DNA of 64,000 nt, taken from NCBI GenBank assembly GCA_035549295.1, contig DASZRG010000051.1, forward strand, positions 17,841-81,840. The letters run 5' to 3'. This DNA comes from Patescibacteria group bacterium (GTDB lineage Bacteria; Patescibacteriota; Microgenomatia; Levybacterales; GWA1-39-11). The notes under the pieces were generated by a model. That model was given only the letters and a program-made list of their open reading frames with translations. It made no database searches and was not told the DNA's origin. The position numbers and the translations under genes are program-made. Below are positions 35,511 through 45,256 of this stretch, piece after piece; position 1 is the stretch's first letter, and the number at the start of each line of letters is the position of its first letter.

Positions 35511-35618
35511 AAAAATTATTTGGGTGACTTATACCCATATTTAGTGTTTTTTAGATGATAAAGCACTATATTACTTGCGTCAATCGTCAATTTGTTATCA
35601 AGCTATAATAGCTGCCTC

Positions 35619-36236
35619 TTATTTTTGGAGTAACTTTGCAACGGTTTTATTAAAACCGCTCAAGCGCTGCTCCTCTATCTTGAGCGCGCTTTCATACTTT
35701 GAGCTAACCTTTTTTCTGACTGCTCCAAGTATCTCCAGATGCTTGCCGACTGCATCCTGCATGGAGTGCAAGATTGGATTAATATTTTTACCTGAGTCGT
35801 GGGCCATTTTGGCCGACGTTACGGCTTCTTCAAAGTAGTTGTTGCTTTTTGAAAGCGTTGAGATAGCTAGATCACTCTCGCCTCGAGTTGACAGAATTTG
35901 CGCCGCACTTATGCGCTTGTCAGACGTCAAGAGATTGAATTCTGTCTTTTTGCCATAATCACTTATAAGAAAAGAGACAAGCCTGTCGCGGGCTGCTTTC
36001 AAAAAATACAACGGATTATCAGGAAGTATTCCGGGATAAGGAAGATTGTAGTCGCTTTTCTGCACAGCTGGACTTGATGCCTGTTGAGGCATATCAATCG
36101 TCGTCACAGAAGGCTCGATAGAAACAGTGGGCGCGGGGTCACCCTGCTCATCTGCATCGGCGGCAAAAACCACAACAGATGGACTTTTAAGGAGCAGGAA
36201 AAGTAAAAGAATAAGCACGAAAAAAAGCTTTTTCAT
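35619..36236 (-). CDS. Secreted hypothetical protein
   Basis: Signal peptide 'MKKLFFVLILLLFLLLKSPSVVVFA'. No motif recognised. Confidence 0.4.
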   Translation of the reverse strand: MKKLFFVLILLLFLLLKSPSVVVFAADADEQGDPAPTVSIEPSVTTIDMPQQASSPAVQKSDYNLPYPGILPDNPLYFLKAARDRLVSFLISDYGKKTEFNLLTSDKRISAAQILSTRGESDLAISTLSKSNNYFEEAVTSAKMAHDSGKNINPILHSMQDAVGKHLEILGAVRKKVSSKYESALKIEEQRLSGFNKTVAKLLQK

Positions 36237-36460
36237 TTTAATTCATGCTAATGATAACCTGCCCACTCACTCATGTCAACTTAGCGGCATACGCAGCGGA
36301 CTACACTACACGAATTAACCCGAATGTAGACGAATTAACACAAATGATCTTGCGGCGGCTTACAGCAACTGCCGAGGGGCGCATTTATCGGAGCATTTCT
36401 GCGCAACGACGTTGACTTTCAGATACGTTTTGGCCATACTAAAAAAGGTCTCATCTGCCT

Positions 36461-38647
36461 ATGGATTTTGGAAAAATCGCCCTGAGAATACAGGGGCTTA
36501 TAAAGCCTGTTGTTTTTTTATTGCTTCTTCTCGTTTTTGCAGCGCACGCAGCACCCTCTTTTGCACAAACTCAAAGTTCAAATCAATCAATTAAATCCTT
36601 TACAAACACTGATCCCGATGTTCCTCAAAACCTCCACACCTACACGCAAAGCGTTTTTATTGAAATCGCGGCGGCGATATCATGCCAAATAACGGGAATT
36701 GACCCAACCAATCCTAGCGCTAAATGCCTAGGAATCGATCCCAACACTCATAAAATAGGTTACGTTGAAAACGGCGGTGGCCTCATAACACTCACGGGCA
36801 GTATGATCGCCCAAACTTTTGACATACCAGTCTCAACCTCTGACTACGTGAGATACATGGCAGGAAATTTTGGGATTGCCAAAAATACGTACGCCGACAA
36901 TTCAACGTCCAGCTCCCCTACTGAGTTTAATACTGACTCTGGGTCTGACAACGGCGTCGGATTTACAGGTCTTAAAAAAATGCTGCCGCTTTGGGTAGTC
37001 TTCAGAAATCTGATCTATATGATATTTGTTTTCATATTTGTTGTCATTGGAATCGGCATCATGTTCCGCGTCAAGATTGATCCAAGGACTGTTATGACTA
37101 TTCAAAACCAAATTCCAAAGATCATCATTGCCCTTATCCTGGTTACTTTTTCCTATGCCATCGCAGGCTTCTTGATAGACCTCATGTACGTATTCATGTA
37201 CATCGTCTACAACACTTTTGCGGCTGCTCACCTTATAGATGTTGCCGGACTAAGTCCTGCCAAAATGCAAGGGCAGACTCCGCTTCAGGCAATAAATTTT
37301 TTTGGAGGTATTGGGATCGCATGGAAAGCATCGACAGGAATAGGCTCTATTCTCGCAAGCCTCTTCGATGGAACCACTGGAAAACTGATAGTTGGAATTG
37401 TATCTGGAATAATTCTTGCAATAGTTGGAGGAGGTGCAACTCTTAACCCAATCGCCCTGGTTGGCGGACTGGCGCTAGGATTTGCAGGAGGACTGCTTGC
37501 TGGCAATCAAATAGTTGGCGTTATAGGAGAAATTATAGCCTTCGTTGTTATATCGGCAGCCATCCTAACCGCTCTCTTCAGACTCTGGTTCCAACTTATA
37601 AAAACGTATATCTCCATCTTGATAAATGTTGTCCTTGCGCCATTTTGGATAGCTGGAGGACTAATTCCGACTTCGCCTCTCAGCTTTACAGGCTGGCTTA
37701 GGGACATGCTAGCCAACCTCATGTCTTATCCCGTCGTCCTTTTTATGCTTCTCATAGGACGCGTCTTTGTTGAGACTTTTGGGAATGGAAATTCTGCTAA
37801 CAACTTCACTCCACCATTTATTGGAAATCCGGGCAACACGAAGAGCTTTGGGGCACTCATCGGCCTTGGAATAATTCTTCTTACGCCAAATGTCGTGAAC
37901 CTCATAAGACAAGCGGTTAAAGCACCGTCTGGCAAGATTGCCGCGGGTATTGGCCAATCTATTTCAATTGGTGCCGGAGTTGTTAGTTCACCTATCTCAA
38001 GCTTTGGTAAAAAGATGTGGGGAGTTGATCAATATACAAGAGAGGCGAAACCCCTTTATCACTGGGCCCTTAAAGGCCTGCATGGCATAACCACCAAAGA
38101 AGGAGCCCTTGGTAAACTCGGAAAACCACTGGGACCCGTTTATAACGTCTTAAAACACGGCGTTAGCTCAGAATCCCTTGCGGATTTTGACAAAGACGAA
38201 GCTAAAAGACTTAAAGCGAAGGAAGATGCAAGAAAGGGCGGAGGATCAGAAGGCGCTAGCGGCTCTACAACACCTCAAACTTCACCCAATGGACCAACAA
38301 CCGGCCCAACACCAAACACTGGAGGCGAAATAGACACAGACGGCGATGAGGATAGCAGCTCAGACTCACCAAGTGACCCCAATAACCCAGATGAGCCATC
38401 AAGCGGTGAAAACAGAAACATTCCTCATGGGGGAAATGACGAAGAAAGCAAAAAAGCCCACGAGTCCACAGAAGGCAAGAGCAACGAAGAACTTGCAAAA
38501 CTACACGAAGAGTTATTTAAAGAGTTTTTGAAGCTCGAACAAAAAGGAGATCAGCGAACAGTTGTAGAGAATCAACGCCACGCAGAGCTCATGACAAAAA
38601 CAAGGCAAATCAAAGATCTATTAGATAAAGGCGGACACAAAAGTTAA
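36461..38647 (+). CDS. VirB6/TrbL-like polytopic membrane protein with long acidic, Gly/Ser/Pro-rich C-terminal tail (putative)
   Basis: Signal peptide, then a ~170-aa periplasmic segment, at least 7 TM helices (residues ~170-470), then a ~230-aa disordered tail (…GGSEGASGSTTPQTSPNGPTTGPTPNTGG…DSSSDSPSDPNNPDEP…). The call rests on architecture only. Confidence 0.35.
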   Translation: MDFGKIALRIQGLIKPVVFLLLLLVFAAHAAPSFAQTQSSNQSIKSFTNTDPDVPQNLHTYTQSVFIEIAAAISCQITGIDPTNPSAKCLGIDPNTHKIGYVENGGGLITLTGSMIAQTFDIPVSTSDYVRYMAGNFGIAKNTYADNSTSSSPTEFNTDSGSDNGVGFTGLKKMLPLWVVFRNLIYMIFVFIFVVIGIGIMFRVKIDPRTVMTIQNQIPKIIIALILVTFSYAIAGFLIDLMYVFMYIVYNTFAAAHLIDVAGLSPAKMQGQTPLQAINFFGGIGIAWKASTGIGSILASLFDGTTGKLIVGIVSGIILAIVGGGATLNPIALVGGLALGFAGGLLAGNQIVGVIGEIIAFVVISAAILTALFRLWFQLIKTYISILINVVLAPFWIAGGLIPTSPLSFTGWLRDMLANLMSYPVVLFMLLIGRVFVETFGNGNSANNFTPPFIGNPGNTKSFGALIGLGIILLTPNVVNLIRQAVKAPSGKIAAGIGQSISIGAGVVSSPISSFGKKMWGVDQYTREAKPLYHWALKGLHGITTKEGALGKLGKPLGPVYNVLKHGVSSESLADFDKDEAKRLKAKEDARKGGGSEGASGSTTPQTSPNGPTTGPTPNTGGEIDTDGDEDSSSDSPSDPNNPDEPSSGENRNIPHGGNDEESKKAHESTEGKSNEELAKLHEELFKEFLKLEQKGDQRTVVENQRHAELMTKTRQIKDLLDKGGHKS

Positions 38648-41600
38648 GAGGTTTTATCGAGACTAGTGAAGAATACTTTTAGCGCTTTTAGTCCTCCGTC
38701 CCAAATTCCACCCTCGATAAGCCCACCGAGCAACTCGCCAACAAACATACGCAGACGACCTGTCCCTGAGGCTTGTCTAATCCATTCGATGTCCTCTTTT
38801 GAGAAAAAGTGGCCAGTCCTTTTTGCTTGACTCATATCCCATTCGCTTACTTCGAGATCACCAGCAAAATGTCCTAAAAATTCATAAATCTCCTCGACCT
38901 GCGTGGTGCTCCAATTTTTATATCCACTCTCAAACATGCGATGCGCGCGAATCTCGGCAGCCATCGCATACATAAGAGGCCTTTTGAAAAACTCTGCTCT
39001 ATTTTGACGAGTTCTGTCGTATGCGTCATTTTCCTGCATTACCTCGCCAATTGTTTGCTCGCGCTCTGTTTTTTCACCTGTAACAGGATCTATCTCCTCA
39101 ATCTTGCGCCTTTTTTTGTTGACATAATCCATCCACACCTGCTTACCCCACATCGCCTCACCAAGCGAGACTTTCCTGAACTCCCATCCGGGTGGATTCC
39201 TCAACTCGTTATATATCCTCACTCTAACAATTTTTGAGTAATCAATGCCATCCCACGTTGAGTATGCGTATCTAAAAGACTTAACCTGATCATCCATAAA
39301 CGAATTGGCTTTCTCGTGGTCTATCAGAAGTCTCCCGCGATTGTCGAGTGTCAAAAATTTATCAAATGCAAACTCATGAGACTCGACAATCTGATGGAAA
39401 AGCGTAAAAGTCTTTGCTATGTGGTTCTCGGCAAATTGCCCCATGGTTACATCTCCAAAATGAACAGGGTCGACATCTTTATCAAGACCTATATCCTCTC
39501 CTTGCCCTCCTTGAATTATCTCAAGAATAGACTTACCCGACTTGTCCGTTGCCCCTACCAAGAAGTCTACTCCGATTTGCTTGAACCCCGGGAATGAATA
39601 AGGATTGCCATGAACTCCTCCGCGATTGTTGGCTGTCTGGCGCTTGCGATAAGCCTCCGTGGCCATAACCTTGGTCCAGGAGTCAAACCCAACAGCAGTC
39701 GTATCATTTTTAGCTGCAGCCCCTGACCAACGAGTTATCGAATAGGCAAACGACTCTGCATAACGAGCTTCATCATAAGAGATACCTTTACCTTTAATTT
39801 TTTCGTTGTCGGTTTTCTTGCTCTCTTCCATTATAAAAAGTCTCATTCGCTCTTTTGTCTCGTTCTTTGCCTCGAGATCTTTTCTGGCTAAATTGAAGGG
39901 ATTGAACCACGACAGATAATCGCTCTTCATTTTACCCTCTGGGTTTTTCTCGTGCGAAAGCACATCTTCCTGATAGTCTTTATGAGATTTTTCAATTTCA
40001 GCAATCAGCCTTGCATATTTTGGGTTGTGATCGGGGTCACTATTTAGTTTGTCTATATACTCCTGCGAAAGACCTCTTTTGTCGGCCGACAAATATCGCT
40101 CAGAATACTGAATTAGCTTAAGACCCTCATAGATAACCTTGCGCTCTTCCTTTGCAAAATCAGCGTCACTTTCTCCAGCTTTTTGGTCTCTTAGCTTTGC
40201 CTTGATATATTGCTCAAGAAAAATCTTGTTGTTAAAAAGCACTGACTTATCCCTGCTCTCTCCTTCTATTTTGTGCAACATTTCTTCGTCTGAGATGTAG
40301 TAGTACGACAACAGCGCGCGGCGCAACGCTTTTCCTGTCTCTTGATTTTTGCTGAGCGCCTCATCGTCTTTAAAGTCATCATTTTCAAGCGAGTCAACAT
40401 TGGCAAGTGACAAAATCGTGTCGAATGTCTGCTCTTTTGTAAAAGTATTTCTTGCGTAGATCTCGCGAAGCTTTTTCGGGAGCTCTTCGTCGCTTCCCAT
40501 AATCTGCCTATAAATGGCGTCAAGATCACGAGACGTTCCAAATAGCCAAAGCTCATAATAGACTTTGTCTCGAAGAGGCTTGAGATATTCACCCGTGTGC
40601 TTATCCGTAAACATTGATTCGTTGAATATCATCTCCGAGATACTTACCTGACGTGAGCCTCCAACAATATAAATGCGCTCAAACATATTGACGGGGTTAT
40701 CAACGTCTGAGTCATGGAACTCCCACATTCTTTTGCGAAGCCACCTGAGGAAATTGGCCTGGTGGATAACCTCTTCTCCCGTTTCCTTGTTGAGCGACAT
40801 AAGCTCATACTTACCACCTCGGGCATAGTCTCCTCCTGTCATGGTCATAATATCCGAAAGAACCTCTTGAAAATTCTCATGCGGCCTGAGACTTCTCTCT
40901 GAACGAATTGCCTTGTCTCGATCAACGTTAAGAAAACGAAGGACATTTTCATTTACAGCCTGCCTGAGTATTTCTATAGAGTTTGTCCCAGTCTTTGCTA
41001 TCTTGTCAATCCGCTCTTCATATTCTGCGAGCTTTGCCTCAACGTTTGGGTCGCCACGACCACTCTGCACCCAGCTTCTCGCATAACCCATAAGCTCCTC
41101 GCGAATCGATCCACCCTCCGCAAGTTCGGACTTTAGCAATTCGCCGTCAGTAATCTTTGTTAGTCTTTCGCGAAAAATCTCTATTGGGTTTATATTCTCA
41201 GCGAGTGGAATTTCCCCTGCCTCAACGAGTGCATCAGCTTCCACCTGTGACTTGTCTCGCTTCAGCCACAGTTGAGTCACGTACTCTTTTTCGCTTTCCG
41301 TAAAACTCCTATTAACCTTTTCTGAATCCCGCCCCCTTCTCATCTGTTCTCTATGTGCTTCGGCAACGTGTCTTTCTGCCTCGGCAATCCTTTCTCTTTT
41401 CTCCTGCTCGAGGTTATCAATCTCTTGAATAATTCTTTTTCCCTCAGCAGACGGAATTTTCTCATCATCTATTAGTCGATTAACTCTCGCCCTTTCCTCA
41501 GACCATCTACTTATATCAACAGCTCCCCCGCTTAACTGCCTATTGTTAAGACTTATTATGTCGTCCATCGCGTTCTTAGCAAGAGGATTTATTATTCCAT

Positions 41601-42564
41601 TTTGAACATCTACGAGATGCGCGGCGTCCGCACCTATGCTTCCTTTTGATAACCCAGCTGCGGCGCGTGCCGTAGCAACTTTTAGGAATTCGTCACGCAC
41701 CCACGGGGTCTCGCCCTCCCCTCGTCTATAGAGCTCAGTCGCGACCGCCTGAAGTGGAATCTGAAAATATTCAGGCTTGAAAGTTTTATCGGCTCGCAGC
41801 TCGTAGGCGCGTCCCAGAAAATCTTTTAGCTCTACAACGCTCCAGTCTTCTATTTTTTTCTGAGCAACAGCGGCATCAAAATCTTTTTGATATTGATCTG
41901 CCTGATTTTTAATATACGTCTCTTCTTCTGTAGGGGGTTTCTCGTTGAGCCTAGGAACATATCCGAATTCAATCGCTTCCTTAAGAGCCTCACCGTCTTC
42001 CTTGTCTAATTTTTCTCCTCTTTTCCATTTTTCGTATGCCTTTTTACCTCTATCTATTCTTTCTGCAACTAGAGCAGCCGCCATCTGTTTTTGGACTTCT
42101 GCAGCTCGCGCATCAAACTCTGCGGCCATAGCTTTGGCTTGCATTTCCGAGATTTTTCCCTCCTCGGCCCACTTATAGATGAGCTCTTCGTTGTTTTTTA
42201 CATCATCATGAGTAATTCTTCCGGCAAGTATTTGATCTTCTATTTCAACTTTTGTCTTGTGAAATTCCTCAGGAGATACAAGCTTGGTCTCAAAAAATTT
42301 GACTAGTTCTTTTGGAGTGATACCCTGTCGCGCAAGCCTCTCCTGCTCTTGCCTCTGAGCCTCAGGTACATCTCGGCCTGCTTTTTTGCGCATTTCTGAA
42401 AATTCAGCCCACTTTTGTCGAGCATCTCTTATCACCTCATCCGATGCGGCCTTTTCTTCAGGGTGATTTTTTTTATCGTTTTTTTCCTCAGGAGTTACAT
42501 CAGCCATACGCCTCATTCTAGGATACGTGAAATTCACATTGGGTGTCAATTCATATACGCTCAT
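38644..42564 (-). CDS. Giant (1306 aa) soluble charged, alpha-helical hypothetical protein
   Basis: A single uninterrupted ORF with no TM segments. It is rich in K/E/R/D with coiled-coil-like stretches. I see no nucleotide-binding or protease motif. Confidence 0.5.
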   Translation of the reverse strand: MSVYELTPNVNFTYPRMRRMADVTPEEKNDKKNHPEEKAASDEVIRDARQKWAEFSEMRKKAGRDVPEAQRQEQERLARQGITPKELVKFFETKLVSPEEFHKTKVEIEDQILAGRITHDDVKNNEELIYKWAEEGKISEMQAKAMAAEFDARAAEVQKQMAAALVAERIDRGKKAYEKWKRGEKLDKEDGEALKEAIEFGYVPRLNEKPPTEEETYIKNQADQYQKDFDAAVAQKKIEDWSVVELKDFLGRAYELRADKTFKPEYFQIPLQAVATELYRRGEGETPWVRDEFLKVATARAAAGLSKGSIGADAAHLVDVQNGIINPLAKNAMDDIISLNNRQLSGGAVDISRWSEERARVNRLIDDEKIPSAEGKRIIQEIDNLEQEKRERIAEAERHVAEAHREQMRRGRDSEKVNRSFTESEKEYVTQLWLKRDKSQVEADALVEAGEIPLAENINPIEIFRERLTKITDGELLKSELAEGGSIREELMGYARSWVQSGRGDPNVEAKLAEYEERIDKIAKTGTNSIEILRQAVNENVLRFLNVDRDKAIRSERSLRPHENFQEVLSDIMTMTGGDYARGGKYELMSLNKETGEEVIHQANFLRWLRKRMWEFHDSDVDNPVNMFERIYIVGGSRQVSISEMIFNESMFTDKHTGEYLKPLRDKVYYELWLFGTSRDLDAIYRQIMGSDEELPKKLREIYARNTFTKEQTFDTILSLANVDSLENDDFKDDEALSKNQETGKALRRALLSYYYISDEEMLHKIEGESRDKSVLFNNKIFLEQYIKAKLRDQKAGESDADFAKEERKVIYEGLKLIQYSERYLSADKRGLSQEYIDKLNSDPDHNPKYARLIAEIEKSHKDYQEDVLSHEKNPEGKMKSDYLSWFNPFNLARKDLEAKNETKERMRLFIMEESKKTDNEKIKGKGISYDEARYAESFAYSITRWSGAAAKNDTTAVGFDSWTKVMATEAYRKRQTANNRGGVHGNPYSFPGFKQIGVDFLVGATDKSGKSILEIIQGGQGEDIGLDKDVDPVHFGDVTMGQFAENHIAKTFTLFHQIVESHEFAFDKFLTLDNRGRLLIDHEKANSFMDDQVKSFRYAYSTWDGIDYSKIVRVRIYNELRNPPGWEFRKVSLGEAMWGKQVWMDYVNKKRRKIEEIDPVTGEKTEREQTIGEVMQENDAYDRTRQNRAEFFKRPLMYAMAAEIRAHRMFESGYKNWSTTQVEEIYEFLGHFAGDLEVSEWDMSQAKRTGHFFSKEDIEWIRQASGTGRLRMFVGELLGGLIEGGIWDGGLKALKVFFTSLDKTS

Positions 42565-42654
42565 GAGGGTAGTTTAAGCCCTGATGAGACGCGCCAGCTT
42601 GACAGTGAGGTATCGGGAACCTCACAAGAGGATAACGGAAAGGCTGCGAGACTA

Positions 42655-42689
42655 GAATCATGAATCAAGAATCAGGAATCAGGAATCAG
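42655..42689. repeat. Heptanucleotide tandem repeat GAATCAT-GAATCAA-(GAATCAG)x3
   Basis: Read directly. It lies in the divergent promoter region between 38644..42564 (-) and 42744..43748 (+). Confidence 0.8.
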
Positions 42690-42743
42690 AGAATATGACA
42701 ATGTGGAAACAAAAGGACAATTCACGATATAATTACGACCTAC

Positions 42744-43748
42744 ATGGAAACGCAGACAAAAAAATACACCTCCGGAATACTCGGCGGTACGTTTGATCAT
42801 TTGCATGCTGGACACAGGCACTTTTTAAATACGGCGCTTGCCCAATCAGAACATTTAACCATTGGGCTTACAGCTAATGAATTTTCGAGAGGCAAGCAAT
42901 TTTCAATTTCTATTGAAGATTATGAAAAAAGACACTCTACCCTGCGCAACTTTTTAGACAGCTCAGGGCACATAGATCGCTATGAAATAATCGAAATCAA
43001 CGACCCTTTCGGAACGAGCATTACCAATCCAAATATAGATGCCATTTTCGTCACGGAACATGGCGCATCAAATGCAAAATTAATAAATGAAAAAAGGCAC
43101 GAAAACGGACTAAACACACTCCCAATTGAGCACGTGGATTTTCTAACAGGGCCCGATGAAAAGACCATATCCTCAACCAGAATTCGCGCAGGCGAAATAG
43201 ACAGAATCGGCAATCCATATATTACGATTTTTGACGCTGACCTTGCCTTGCCCACCGACCTGAGAGACAAGACGTCAAAAATTCCGGCCGGGGATTTAGT
43301 TCGCGACAATAACCAACTTAAAGAAATAGCAAAAAGCGCATTCTATCTTGTTGCTGTCGGCGATGTATCTTCTGAAAAACTAACAGAACTTGGTCGCCAA
43401 GCAGATGTAAGTATTGTTGACGGCCAAACAAAAAGAGGTGCCCATGAAAGTCGCTATTTTTCTTTAGAAAATGGCGAGGGCATTAAAAATACTGCAGGAA
43501 CAGTAAGCCGAGAAGCAGCATTAAAATACCAAGAAGTCCAAGCTGAATTTTTTGAAAATAAACAACCAGAGATTTTTGTAATTGACGGCGAGGAAGACCT
43601 CATGCCACTTCCAATAACGCTTCTTGCGCCGCTTAGAACAACACTCGTTTATGGCATGCCGGACCAAGGGGCGGTTGTTGTAAAAATTGACGAAACAACT
43701 AAAAAATCAGTTGTCGATTTACTTGCCAAGTTTCAAAAACAAAACTGA
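42744..43748 (+). CDS. Cytidylyltransferase-like (archaeal-type PPAT-like HxGH nucleotidyltransferase) fused to a DUF359-like C-terminal domain
   Basis: N-terminal 'GILGGTFDHLHAGHRHFL' (HxGH) and 'ISSTRIRAGE' (ISSTxIR). The C-terminal half has 'LVAVGDVSSE', 'IVDGQTKRG' and 'FVIDGEEDLMPLP', which I recall as conserved in the DUF359 (archaeal GTP-dependent dephospho-CoA kinase) family. Confidence 0.45.
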   Translation: METQTKKYTSGILGGTFDHLHAGHRHFLNTALAQSEHLTIGLTANEFSRGKQFSISIEDYEKRHSTLRNFLDSSGHIDRYEIIEINDPFGTSITNPNIDAIFVTEHGASNAKLINEKRHENGLNTLPIEHVDFLTGPDEKTISSTRIRAGEIDRIGNPYITIFDADLALPTDLRDKTSKIPAGDLVRDNNQLKEIAKSAFYLVAVGDVSSEKLTELGRQADVSIVDGQTKRGAHESRYFSLENGEGIKNTAGTVSREAALKYQEVQAEFFENKQPEIFVIDGEEDLMPLPITLLAPLRTTLVYGMPDQGAVVVKIDETTKKSVVDLLAKFQKQN

Positions 43749-43805
43749 CACGACCCATACGCATCGCGTACGCAATCCCCTATCTATAATATATAATCTA
43801 TATCT

Positions 43806-45110
43806 ATGGAGCCATTACATTTTGAGGAGCTATATCCAGAAACAACACGAAACGAGGAAATCAACAAGATAGTTGAGATCCTGAGGACGGGAAGATCTTG
43901 TCAGGTCATTGGCATTCCGGGATCTGGAAAAAGCAATGTTTTAAGGCTTCTTGCTTACAACAAAAAAATAAGACTTAAGCATCTTGGTGACGACCAGGAA
44001 ATTTTCCACTTCATCTACATGGATTTTTCGGAGATGCGCGGCAGGTCGCTTTTTGACATTATCAAATTCATCTTTATATCACTATCCTACTCTCTTGGCG
44101 AGCGCGGATTTACAAAGGAACAGGAAGCAGTTAACGCTGCGCTACGCGAATCGCTTGAGTTTTCAGACGAGCTAATTTTGTTTCAAGGCCTTAAGAAAAG
44201 CGTTGACTTTTTGGCAATTGAGCACAAGCTCTATCTTGTGTTTTTGTTCGACCGGTTTGAGGACTATGTGCCAAATATTGACGAGCGCTTTTTCCCAGAT
44301 CTCAAAATCCTGAGAAACCGCGTCAAATACAACTTCCTAGCAGTTTTTGCTGTCACTCGACCAATTGAAGACACAATCGAAGCTCCTCTTTTTGGTGATT
44401 TTTACGAATTTATAGTTGGAAATACGATATTTCTACCCATAAAAGATCCGGTCGGGCTCGATTTTCGCTTTTCATACATCGAGCAAATAACAAAAAGCAA
44501 AGGCTCACCCGAGGCGCGTGCTGAAATAGAAAAGCTAACAGGAGGACACGGAAAACTCGCCAAGCTATCCTACGAAACGTATTTGGCCGAGGAAAAGATC
44601 AAAAACCTTGAAGAATTTTTACTTTCAAAAAAACAAATAAGAGCGGCTCTTTTTGAAATCTGGGAATATTTGACCGCTGAGGAAAAGGCAGATATTGCTG
44701 GCGGCGCCCCAAATGATTTTTTGGAAAAAGTTGGGCTTACCAATTCAAATAAGCTTTCAGTTCCCCTTCTTGCATCGTACGTAAAAACCAGACCATCTAC
44801 GGTTGCGAGTCAAAAAATTACATACGATTCCGAACGAAACGAGATCAACAAAGGAGACGAAAATATAAGCGATAAATTGACTCCGTCTGAATTCAGACTA
44901 CTCCGATACCTGATCATAAATGTCGACCGCGTCGCAGAGAAAGACGAGATCATCCAGAATGTTTGGCAAGATACAAAAACACAACAAGGAGTAACCGACC
45001 AAGCTCTGGATCAAATAATATACAGGCTTAGAAAGAAGATTGAAGAAGACCCCAACAAGCCGGTCCACATTCAGACAGTGAAAGGGAGAGGGTATAAGTT
45101 CAGTAGCTAG
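43806..45110 (+). CDS. P-loop ATPase domain fused to C-terminal OmpR/PhoB-type winged-helix DNA-binding domain (putative transcriptional regulator)
   Basis: Walker A 'VIGIPGSGKSNVL' and Walker B 'LYLVFLFDRFED'. The C-terminus 'LTPSEFRLLRYLIINVDRVAEKDEIIQNVW…DQALDQIIYRLRKKIEEDPNKPVHIQTVKGRGYKFS' is a trans_reg_C wHTH. Confidence 0.6.
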   Translation: MEPLHFEELYPETTRNEEINKIVEILRTGRSCQVIGIPGSGKSNVLRLLAYNKKIRLKHLGDDQEIFHFIYMDFSEMRGRSLFDIIKFIFISLSYSLGERGFTKEQEAVNAALRESLEFSDELILFQGLKKSVDFLAIEHKLYLVFLFDRFEDYVPNIDERFFPDLKILRNRVKYNFLAVFAVTRPIEDTIEAPLFGDFYEFIVGNTIFLPIKDPVGLDFRFSYIEQITKSKGSPEARAEIEKLTGGHGKLAKLSYETYLAEEKIKNLEEFLLSKKQIRAALFEIWEYLTAEEKADIAGGAPNDFLEKVGLTNSNKLSVPLLASYVKTRPSTVASQKITYDSERNEINKGDENISDKLTPSEFRLLRYLIINVDRVAEKDEIIQNVWQDTKTQQGVTDQALDQIIYRLRKKIEEDPNKPVHIQTVKGRGYKFSS

Positions 45111-45256
45111 ACCGAAAAGTATCGGCGGCATCAAAAGCATCAAGGGAACGAAAACAACAAATTAACCACTTAACAAATTGACATCAGCCGCGAGATTATC
45201 TGTAGATATTCGCAGTAATTATATTTGTTTACCCTGCAACTTGTTGAAGGGTAGAA

